From the NCBI RefSeq assembly GCF_009914755.1, contig NC_060929.1: a stretch of DNA of 64,000 nucleotides; one strand, 5' to 3'. The DNA comes from the human T2T-CHM13v2.0 reference genome, Homo sapiens. Position numbers and translations under genes: made by a program. Under the pieces are notes generated by a model. The model was not told the origin of the DNA. It did not search any database and was given only the letters and a program-made list of their open reading frames with translations. How positions within the stretch are numbered: the first letter of the stretch is position 1; each line of letters starts with the position of its first letter. Shown in pieces: positions 52,770 through 64,000 of the stretch.

Positions 52770-55624
52770 CTCCATTTAAAAGGCAAAAAGTGGCAAATTA
52801 GACTAAAAACAAGTCTAACTTCAAGATACCCATTTCACTTGTAATGGCACCCATAGGCTAGGCTGCAAGTAAATGGATAGAGAAAGATCTATCATGCAAA
52901 TAGGAAACAAAAAAAGAACAAGGATCACTATTCTAATATCAGAAAAAATAGACATTAAACAACAACAGTAAAAAAGGACCAAGAAAGGCATTACATAATG
53001 ATAAAGTGTTCAATTCAATAAGAAGACTTAACTATCCTAAATATATATATGTTCAACATTGGAGGATACATATTTATAAAATAATTGCTTATAGACCTAT
53101 GAAAAGACTTTCATGGCCACCCAATAATAGTGGGGAACTTCAGCACACGAGTGAAAGCAATAGACAGGCAAAAAACTAACAAAAAATTTTGTATTTAATA
53201 AATTTGATAGTTGGCCAATTGGACCTAATAGACATCTATAGAATACTCCACCCAACAACTACAGAATATGCATTCTTCTCATCTGCACATGATATATATT
53301 CCAAGATTGAACACATAGTCATAAAGCAAGTCTTAATACATTTCAAAAAATCAGAATCATACCAAGCATCTTCTCAGACCACAGTGGAAAAAAAACAGAA
53401 ATCAACAGCAAGAGGAATTCTTAAAACCACACAAATACAGGAAACTAATCAACTTGTTTCTGAATGACTCTAAAATAAACAAAAAATTAAGGCAGAAGTC
53501 AAACTGTTATTTGAAACAAACAAAAATAGAGATACAACATACCAAAACCTCTAGAGTACAGCAATGGCAGCGTTAAGAGGAAAGTTTCTAGCACTGAATG
53601 TCTACATCAAGAAGATACATCTGAAATTAACAACCTAAAATCGCACCTAAAAAAAAAAAAAACAGAAAAACAAGAACAAAACTAAACCTAGAGCTAGCAG
53701 AAAAAAAAGAAATAACTAAAATCAGAACAGAATTAAATGAAATTGAGACCCATAACAACTATACAAAGGATATACAAAATGAGAAGTTTGTTCTTGGAAA
53801 GGATAAAAAAAGATTGATATACTGCTAGCTAGATTAACAAGAAAAGAGAGAAGATCTGAATATGCACAATCAGAAATGACAAAAGTGACATCACAACCAA
53901 TCCCATAGAAACATAAAAGATCCTCAGAGACTACTATGTACATCTCTATGCACAAAAACTAGAAAACCTAGAGGAGATGCATAAATTTCTGGACACACAC
54001 AACCTCCCAAGATTAAACCAGGAAGAAACTGAAATCCTGAACAGACCAATAACAAGTAATGAAATTGAATCAGTAATAAAAAACCTAATGTCCAAAAATA
54101 GCCCTGAACCAAATGGATTCACAGCTGAATTCTACCAGACATACAAATAAGAGCTGATACAGATACTACTGAAAGTATTCAAAAAAAAAAAAAATCAAGG
54201 AGGAGGAACTCCTAATTCAAAACCAGTATCTTTCTGATACCAAAATCTGGCAAAGACACAACAACAAAAACCCTACATGCCAATATCTCTCTGATGAACA
54301 GATGCAAAAGTCCTCCACAAAATATTAGCAAACCACACTCAACCAATGAGATACTATCTCACACCACTCAGAATGGCTAGTATATTAAAAAAATCAAAAA
54401 GTAACAGATGTTGGTGAGACTGTGGAGAAAAGGGAACGCTTGCACACTGTTGGCAGGAATGCAAATTAGTTCAGCCACTGTGGAAAACAGTTTGGAGATT
54501 TCTCAAAGAACTAATAATAGAACCACCATTTGACCCTGCAATCTCACTGCTGAGTGTATACCCAAAGGAAAATAAACCATTCTACCAAAAAGACACCTGC
54601 ACTTATATGTGAATCACAGCACTATTCACAAGAGCAATGACATGGAATCAACCCATATGCCCACCAATGGTGGGCTGGATAAAGAAAATGTGCTACATAT
54701 ATACCAGGAAATACTATACAGCCATAAAAAGATGAAATCATGTTCCTTGCAGCAACATGGATGGAACTGGAGGCCATTATTCTCAGTGAATTGAAACAGA
54801 AACAGAAAACCAAATACCACATGTTCTTACTTATAAGTGGGAGCTAAACACTGGAGGCAACACGGACACAAATATGGAAACACTGAACAACTGAGGATTC
54901 CAAAAGGGTGGGAGGAGGGAGGTGAGCAAGTGTTGAAAAACTCCCTATGGTCCTATGTCACTACGTGGGCAGTGGGATCATTACAAGCCCAAACCTCAGC
55001 TTCACGCAATTTACCCATGTAACAAGCCTGCACGTGTACTCCCTGAATCTAAAATAAAAATAAAATAAGAAAATACAATAAAGAGATCCCTCTACTACCC
55101 TCACAGGACTGGCCATTGTATCATTTCTTTTGGTACAGTTCATAAACTCTAACCCTTTATTTCTTCTTTTTTTCTCCCCTTCTGATCTTCTCTCTTTCCA
55201 CATTTTCACTTTCAGTGCTGTATCCCTTTCTCATTTTTCCATATTATAGCCTCACCTGCTAGACCAACTAATTTTTTTCTTATTTAAATTCCAAAATTGA
55301 ATTTTCTAATCAGATTCACATTATCACTTTTGAATCTCTTATACTTGGTCTTCAGAAGTCCTGAATGTGAAATCCAAACCCTCTCTCCATTCATTGTATT
55401 CTTTTTAACAATAACAAAATTATATCTTTGAATACTTGTTAGAGATATATTCCTCAGTCAGTCTGCCTTCCGATTTTCATTACAATTTATCATGTAGTCA
55501 TTTCTTAGTTTTTAGTTGTTGTGTAGCCTAATCTGTCAGCTGTTTTCTCCCAATAAAACAATTCAAGAGCATATCCTTTATCTGTGCTGGGATATGGAGA
55601 TTACATAATACATTTGGGGTTCAG

Positions 55625-56240
55625 ATTTGTTTACTTCAACAAATATTAAGCATGACTACACTAGGTAGAGTAGATATATTAAAGAACAGCTCCTGACCTT
55701 AAGGAGCTTGCAACTTTTGGAGAAAAACAAAGACATGCACAAATAATTTGGATATTACACAGCAAATACAGCGACAGACATGTATCAGCATATGAGAGCA
55801 CAGAGGAATGTATTAAATACATCTTGGAAGGCAGGAAAATGAGGAAATGCATCCAGAGGCAGAAGAAAGAGGCAGCTGGGGAGGAAAGAGGAAAATAGAC
55901 TTTCCAGACAGAAAAAACCCAGCAGTTGTGTACAATAATATGATGAAGATCTAAACTAGTGTAGTCAATTGATAAAAAGGAAAAAGCTTAAAAAATATTC
56001 AGAATATAAAATCAGCACAGTATGGTGATGGTGACTGATTGGAGACACTACCTAACTACACTGGGGAAAGACTGGCACAGCAAGAGAACAGGGAAGCGAT
56101 GTGCATTCATATTGATAGGCTGAGGCTGAGCTGCTAATTGGAATGTCAAGTGGAATAGATAGTAGAATGTCTAAATTTAATGGGTAAATTTATGGATGAA
56201 GATAAAACCTGAAGATGCATGAGAATGTTTATGATAGCTA
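55625..56240 (-). mobile_element. L2 fragment
   Basis: 'ttcaacaaatattaagc...ctcctgaccttaaggagctt...gagagcacagagga' and 'ggaatgtcaagtgga'. Confidence 0.55.
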
Positions 56241-56960
56241 ACATTTTGCTCTTGCTTGCAGTTTCCCCAGGAATTTTTACAGTGCCTTTGGAGACTCAGA
56301 GAAACTGTCTTGTTCTATTAATTCCTTTGCCTCCTTTCACTAGTGTTCTCCACTAAATTATAATCTCCCTAAAGATTCATGCCATGGTTTCTTTACCTTT
56401 ATATCCCTCCTGTCTCCTAGCATAGTGCATTACTCTTAGAAGAGAGTAAGCACTCAGTAAAGTTTATTATTGAAAGGTCCTCAATAGCATGAACATATAA
56501 CTAATAGGCAGATTAAACTTATGTGGAACACCTGTGGTCAACAAAATACCTATATGCAGATGTTCCATTAATAGATAAGTCTTTCTGAGATGATTAAAGC
56601 AAAGAGAAAGAGGTCTGACATTTATGACATGACTTTCAGATTTAAAGCACTCAAATAGTTGTTTAAAAGAACAGATCTCTGTTTAATTACCTCCAACCAA
56701 TGGAGGTATTAGATCACATTCAGAAAGCTTTAAACATGGTGTCTGAGCAATAGGAATTTCTTCCATATTCTTCTACCCAATTAAAACTTGGGGTGAATAC
56801 TGAAAAGATGGAGATATATCTAATGAAACATAAATTTAAAAAAAGACATTTTATTCACTTTGGGACAAGATCAAAAAGACTTAGATAATTATTTTAATTC
56901 AATTAGGAAAATTGAAAGCACCATTATTTTCCACTCAGATAATTTCTTTATTCCTTAAGG

Positions 56961-56962
<2 letters not shown>

Positions 56963-57010
<48 letters not shown>
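56963..57010. repeat. (GT)24 microsatellite
   Basis: Uninterrupted GT dinucleotide run. Confidence 0.97.
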
Positions 57011-57012
<2 letters not shown>

Positions 57013-58283
57013 TTTGTTTTATCTCTTTTTTTGTAAAACTCTCCTTAGGGAATATTGCAAGAATTGTTTTTCTTGATATAAAAATTAAAGCATGGAGAAA
57101 TTCCAGTGAAAAGGAAAGGACAAACTAACATCTGATTCCACACTATTTCTAATTCTCAATCACAATATCTTGATAGGATAGAGGTGTTTTGTAGGAGATT
57201 AGAAGGCTTTTTTTTTTTTTTTGCTGAAATTGCTTTTACTTGATTTCTTTTGAAGAGTTGATCTCAATTTTTAAAATTGTCATTTAAATGCTAAGTTCTG
57301 TATTAGGAGAAAATAATCTAGAAGAATCTAAAGACAAGTGTATAGCCTTAGGTAAAGCATCAGAAAGCATAATTTAAAGAGGGCTTGCTGTGGAAGACCC
57401 TTCAATTCAGTATTATTCAGAGTAGCAAAAAAGGTTAGGCTACAATATTCCTGAGTGTTAATTTCATGCTCTGGAGCTCTTAGGTAATTTTACAGAGTAT
57501 GGCAAAGTGATAAAAGTTCAGGAGGTCCATCATCTATAACTACTTCTGTAGAAATATAGGGGAAACTGTAATTACATCCTCAGAAACTTATGCTTTCAAG
57601 TAAAAGGCAAATAAAATTAGTAAAATAACTTCATGCAACTCATGGCTATCCAGAGGCAGCTTTATTCAATGGAAGTGCTCTCACTGCTGGTTCACAGCAA
57701 AGGTTCCCATGACAACCAAGAATACACAGTACAGTGGTGATGCTGTTTGCCCAGGGATATCCTGTCATTAATATAAATAAGTAGATAACGATATCTAGTC
57801 TATAGGTATTATGATCCACAGCTGTCTATAAATGACAACTGCAGAGTAGAATGGAATGCTCAGAACTGAGTTTATTCCAAGTTCAATTAAAGTTTTATTT
57901 CCTTACTTTCTAAAAACATCAAAGTATATGCTTCTAAATTATTCTACTGTGTTTCACTATAATTTTCAAGTTTGGTTTCATCCTGGATTATGACCTTTCA
58001 GTGAGCTGGGACAGTAATGTGGCCCCAGGTATGGTGAGTAAGCCCACCTGAAATAGAAGGTGGTTTACTTTCTTGATATGAACAAAGGCTATTTTGGAGT
58101 TGGAACTCTCCAGAACAGTTAAAATGCATTTATATCTAAAGGTTTTTAGGTGTAAAGGAACATACATATGATTTTAAGCATATTTCTCTACTAGAAGTCT
58201 TATATTTCTTATCTGTTATTCTGTATTCCCATGTTTCCTGAAATACTGTGAACTTATTAAGACAAGAACAAAATGTCATTTAC

Positions 58284-58354
58284 TTTTATATATTGGGTCT
58301 AGGATGAGTTGGTTTCTTTTATATATTGGGGTCTAGGATTACTTGATTTCTTTT
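58284..58354 (+). repeat. ~33-bp tandem duplication
   Basis: 'ttttatatattggg(g)tctaggat.a.ttg.tttc' occurs twice. Confidence 0.8.
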
Positions 58355-58984
58355 GAAGAATCCTTGTAGAATGAACCAAAAGATAACAGATAAAAATATG
58401 CAATCAATAAATGTAATAGCATGTGCTAAATGTCATGTGTACCAGAATTAACACTTGGCCTATGAGAGATACAGAGTAATATAGGGCCCATTTGAATCCT
58501 AACACTGATTTGTCATCCTGTTTATTTAAGAAAGTTACATACTATAGTATTTCATAATATAGTTGAACAAAGTATCTGTTATATACATATGCACATTAAG
58601 CCACAATTCATTTTGCATTTGTAAGAAATTCAATATTATTTTGAGTAATTTGAAGGAAACACAATTCTTACAATTTGCATAACTGAGGTTCAAAAGGAAA
58701 GTCCACCATCTCAACCCAGTTAAATTTGGCTAACTAGTATGTACCAATCAATATAAACACGTGCTTTAAAAAAGTTACCCTAGTTCTCATTCCTAGGAAA
58801 CATCAGCTGTGTAGCACCGGGATTCATTTCTGTTCTCATACAATTTAATTTCTGTAATAAAAAATCTATGTCCATTTTTTGATGTGTCATTGCTGATAGC
58901 TTTAAAGTGTTATACCTCTCTCTTCCCCTCTGTCCTACATTTGGGAAAACTGTTAAGAAAGCCCATGTGTTCTCTCCTTTGGTG

Positions 58985-59193
58985 ATGGTGGGAAATTCAA
59001 ACCACACCAGAGTCCACCCACACAAAACTCTCAGCATGGCCTCACCCACTAAAAGTCATAAAATCTCAAACCAGTCATTTTCCCCCTGCTCTCTCAAGCT
59101 ACTTCAGACCTTCTTGGGAGGCCTGCTCTGCTCTCCCCAGAAAAACCTCATAATTTTATAAGTAATACATACTTTCATACTTTCTTGGTAGGG

Positions 59194-59231
<38 letters not shown>

Positions 59232-59340
59232 ATGCGCGTGTGTTTGTGTATGTGTGTGTGTGAAAGTGAGAGAGAGAGAAGTGTAGGGCTGCTCATTAGT
59301 CTTAACATTTGAACCATATTTTGGGTGGAGGCTTATCTGA
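58985..59340 (+). mobile_element. LTR 3' fragment (MER54/MER73/MER74-like) containing an expanded (TG)n/(AG)n tract
   Basis: 'ctgctctgctctccccagaaa.acctca', then after the TG tract (59198-59262) 'cattagtcttaacatttgaaccatattttgggtgg'. Family assignment is from memory. Confidence 0.5.
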
Positions 59341-61339
59341 ATCCACACAATGGATACAACAGTTTCATCTTCTAGATCTTGGCTATTTGGTTCTCCTCTT
59401 CTGCTCCTTTCTTTGGGAGGGAAGTAAAAAGCTAAAATATGCATTCCCAGGTTATGCATAGAAGCTAACCTAAGGGAACTGCAGCTTTAATACAGCAAAA
59501 AGAACCCAGAGGAGAGTACAGAACTGATGTTATTATTAGCAGAAGTTGAAAACATTCACCTGCCTAATTCTGAGTTGGCTCTGGCATCAACAGTCTTTCT
59601 AGAATTTGTTCAAACAGCATTATTAGCAGAGGGTGCTGAGAAGAGCAGATTACCAGATTACTCTTTTTATGCCTACATTAGATTGGCCTCTTGCAGTGCA
59701 TCAATATAAGGGTATGTGGTATCATTTCCAAGATGAATGTTAAGGAAATTCACATGGACAGGGGAAAGCAGGTTTTCTACACTTAAATAGCACATTCTCA
59801 AGAGGGAAAATGTCAACGTATGGCTTATTCATAGCACAATAGCTGTTTAAACTACAGCTTAGAATCTACTATGTGCCAAGCACTGTGCTAAGCATTTTAC
59901 ATTTTGCATATATCATTATTAGTGCCATTTTACTATTGGAAACCAAAAACAGATCCAGCAGTTGTCAGAGATAGAATTTCAACTCAGACTTACCTCATAT
60001 TCAATGTCTATATTCTAATGAACTCATTCTAAGACTTCAGATTTACGTTGTTAAGACTATGAAGCTTTTTGCTTCCTGATAATCTCTGAATGTCTAATAG
60101 GCCTTTATAGCTGGCAAGCTTAGGAAAGAAGCACATTTTTTTTTCTGCTGGAATGTAGGGAGATATCTGTCATAGCTCATAGATGAAATATATAAAAACA
60201 CTACATGGTATCCATTATTCATTTCAGCTCCATTGCCCTAAAGAAACATAACACCATGAATTTAGATGTAGCAAGACAATGGAATAAATGCTTTTAATTT
60301 TTTTTCAATAATTATGTCAAAATAGATATTCTGGGAACCGTGAGAAAGTAGAAAGTGTAGAAGTCATGTTGTTGACTTCAACATGCTTACAATATACCTA
60401 ACATATGGCTCAGTAGTTTGTCTAGTTGTTAATAATTTGAAACATTGATTTGCTAAATTAATATAAATGGTTTCACATTACAAGTAAGGTAAGTATTTTA
60501 AAATACTAACTTTTCAAGACTTCATTTTTTAGAGGAGTGAGATTCACAGTGAAATTATGAAGGTATACAGATTTCCCATATGTAACATACTAGTTTTCAA
60601 GCATTAATTTTAATAATTCTTATATCCTGAGTTAGCATTTAAATTTATTTTATACCCTTAGTCTTTGGCAAAAAAAATGCTTCTGCTTAAAATAGCTTAT
60701 TGGCTAAGAATCCATCATTTTAAAGAAAATTATGCATAATCAACAGGTATATAGTTTAAATAGAAAACAGCAGGGGGAGCTCAAAGACAGGTTGGACAAA
60801 TTAAAAGTTGACTTCAAGAGTACTGAAAAATTATTTTAATAAAAATTTGAAGAGAAGAAGGAATATACTGTTAAATTATGAGATGATATTTTATACAATA
60901 ATTTCCAGCAAAATAGCTAGCTAAATGGAGGAATAGTTTCCCATACAGAACACTTCAAAAGTCCAGAAAAAAAAATTAATGCACAGAATCACTAGACATC
61001 AGTGAAGTGAAAATTAAAATTACAATGAAATAACACTACATATTACTCAACTAGAATGGTTAAAATGAAAAAGATAATACGAAGTGTTGACAAGAATGTG
61101 GAGCTCTTAGAAAATAGAGAATATTGGTTGGAATCTAAATTGAAGAAGCTACTTGAGAAAACTGTCTGTCAGTCTTCAAAAAATGCATGCCTCATAATCA
61201 AGCAATTCCACTTCTGGCTATATACCCATCAGAAATATATATGCATTATACAAAAAGATGTATACAGTAATGTTCATAGCAGCATGATTTGTAATAGTTT
61301 CAAATAAAAATAAAACAAATATTTACCAATAATAAAATG

Positions 61340-61669
<330 letters not shown>

Positions 61670-61735
61670 TTATAACATATTTGTATGAAGATGAAAATGA
61701 ACTACAACTACATATATAAAGACAAATGTTCCTTT

Positions 61736-61955
61736 AGGCCCAGGAGTTTGAGTCTAGCCTGGGCAACAAAGCGAGACCCAGTCTATACAAAAAAATAAAA
61801 TAAAATTAGCCAGGTGTGGTGTCATATGTCTGTAGTCCTAGCTACTTGGGAGGCTGAGGCAGGAGGACTGCTTGAGCCCAGAAGTTTGAGGCTGCAATGA
61901 GTTATGACTATGGTACTGTACTACAGCCTGGGTGACAGAGCAATACCCTGTCTCA

Positions 61956-61998
<43 letters not shown>
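61736..61998 (+). mobile_element. 5'-truncated AluJ-like
   Basis: 'ggcccaggagtttgag...ggaggactgcttgagcccagaagtttgaggctgca' plus an A/AAAAG tail. Confidence 0.88.
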
Positions 61999-62859
61999 GA
62001 TAACTTTTCCAAATACAGTGTTGAGGAAAAGAAGCTAGAGAACAAAGAACACACTCTCTTTGGTAAATAATATGAATATTATCTTAGAAATCACAATAGT
62101 AGTTACTCTGGGGTGGGGGCAGAATCTGAAAGGTACACAAATGGGGGCTTCTACAGCTTAGTAATATACTGCTTATTAATCTAATTGCTGCTTACATGGG
62201 TATGTTATCTTCATGGAAATTTACCACATTTTACATTTAGGTTTGTGTGCTTTTTCCTCTTATGGTATAATTCAACAAAATTTGCTCTAAAATTATACTG
62301 GATGATTGCTTTAAATCATTAAATTAAAAGTTTTTGAGGCTTGAAATTAAGAAAGCTTGGTCCCACAGGGATAACTAAGTACTAGAATTGTTTTTTGCTT
62401 TGTTTGTTTTTTTGTTTTTTTCCTGAAGGCATTTACCAATTCTTTGGGTTCCAGGGCAAGAATCTAAACAAGGGGCCTAAACAGAGAAAGAACTCACATT
62501 CAGACTTCACAGAAAGTCTTATACCCAAAAGTCAATACCTATAACTAGGCATGCTACAATCTTTCATGCAGAACAAGACTTGTCTTGGTTTCAGGCAGCA
62601 TATTTAAAACAAATATTTCTTTCAAAAATTTCTAATCACAAGTGTATACTTGCGATATGTAATATGGCATTGGATATTTGCGTGGCCCAAAAGTTGAACA
62701 TTTCATTTAAAGTAAATCTATAGTTAGCAGACATGCAGTTACTTAAATTATAAGCAAATCCTCTTTCGAAAAATACACTTTCAACACAGATAATTTCCAG
62801 AGATAAAATACTAAAGAGTATGAGCTCACATATGTAAAAAAATATAGAAAATGCATAAA

Positions 62860-64000
62860 AAAAATAAACTTGCCTGAGAGACAATCAGTGGAATAAACTG
62901 CACAGGTAGACCAACAAGATTACAGATATTGGAACTATCAAGGAACTAAAATAAAAAAAAATATTTAAGCTGTTTAAAGAAATGATAAAAAATTTAGTAA
63001 ATGAACAAAAGACAATAAAAATCAACACACATATTTAGAATAAAGACCAATAGAACTTCTAAAATTGAATGTCTAATAACTGAAATTAGAAACTCAACAA
63101 ACAGGTGAAACAACAAATTAGACTCTACTGAAGGTTGAATTAGTGAGCCAGAAAACATATATGAATGAAACATTCAGAATGCAGTAGAAAAAGAAGTGGA
63201 AAATATGAAAGCAAGGTTAAGATAGGTGAATGACAGAGTGGGGCCAACATAAGTCTTACTAGGGTTGGGATAGATTAAAAGGAATGGCAACGAGGCAATA
63301 TTTGAAACAATAATAGCTAAGAATTTTCCAAAATAAATAAAAGACACCAACACTCATATTTAGGAATACCAATACATTTTAAGTAAACTTTTGAAAAACT
63401 CAACTTCTGGATTCATTAGAGTGAAATTGCACAACAACAAAGATAAAAATAAGAATTTCAAAGCACCCAAAAAGAAAAAAGTAACACTGGTCAGACTGAA
63501 AAGTGATTTCTCAAAAGACAAGGTAGTATCGTATTTAAAGAGGTGAAGAGAAGTAGTTGTCAACCCAGTAATGCATACACAACAAAACTACCTTCCAAGT
63601 CTAAGCACAAAATAAGATAGTAAGAAAACCACACATGAAGAGAATTCCCTACTATTGGAGAGTCACTAGAGAAACTTCTAAAAGACATTTTTAAATAAAA
63701 AGGATGGTCTCAGATGCAAAAAAAAAAAAATGCTGAGCAAAGAAAATGGAAAATGTGTTAGAAAATGTTCACCAAAGATGACTTACTACAACTATAATAA
63801 TAATGATAATGTCTACAATGTAACACAAATATGAAGAGAACAAAAATCTATTCTTTTGTATTTTCTCAGGAGGACAGTAAAAGGGTAAAGATATTATTTA
63901 ACTTCAGCCTTAAGTTACATATTTGGAAAATTTTTTAGGGTTATTATTAAAATAATAGAATTAGAGTTTAAAACTTACAAACTAGAAGGAAAAATACAAT
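62860..64000 (+). mobile_element. Ancient L1M ORF1-region fragment
   Basis: A-rich ORF1-like motifs 'tagaacttctaaaattgaa', 'gaattagtgagccagaa', 'gaggcaatatttgaa..aataatagctaagaattttccaaa' and 'tcaacccag'. Confidence 0.7.

Larger units (their letters stand above)
49780..55080 (+). mobile_element. Old primate L1 (L1PB/L1PA13-16 class): 5' UTR, broken ORF1 and ORF2, large internal ORF2 deletion near 54335, 3' UTR
   Basis: 5' end 'caagatggctga'. ORF1 pieces (QMRRNQHKNSG, NEMSEMTDIEFRI, YKGKPIRLTAGFSAETIQARRDWG) and an EN-domain piece (QLDLIDIYRILHPTTTEYAFFSSAH). The sequence jumps from the early RT region ('aaaatattagcaaacc') to the C-terminal region ('aatgagatactatctcacacc'). A-rich tail. Confidence 0.92.

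Noticed and set aside
51266-53467. L1 ORF1/ORF2-like ORFs
   Set aside because: Many stops and frameshifts plus a large RT deletion make the element non-functional.

Overview
This is AT-rich, repeat-dense human genomic DNA (it carries an L1HS-diagnostic 3' end, an LTR5_Hs and AluJ/S/Y elements). I found no credible protein-coding exon. The supplied ORFs are transposon remnants or chance frames. Nearly all L1 and LTR elements lie on the + strand, which suggests the interior of a very long intron of a minus-strand gene; I cannot name the host gene from sequence alone. Main points: (1) a minus-strand recursive-splicing candidate (polypyrimidine-AG|GTAAGT at 22733-22726) followed by a 140-nt poison RS-exon; (2) a ~190-bp, ~95%-identical inverted repeat that resembles no TE I recognise, bracketing 1.67 kb; (3) a degraded but collinear Ty3/Gypsy integrase fossil with intact D(35)E spacing at ~27.65-28.46 kb; (4) a ~65-bp L1HS insertion; (5) a solo HERV-K LTR5_Hs with a perfect TSD; (6) several templated fold-back or duplication scars, including a perfect 40-bp palindrome inside an old L1; (7) nested elements (full-length THE1 in Tigger1, ERV1 LTR in L1, MER30 in L2). 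Repeat subfamily names come from recalled consensus sequences, not from a database search.
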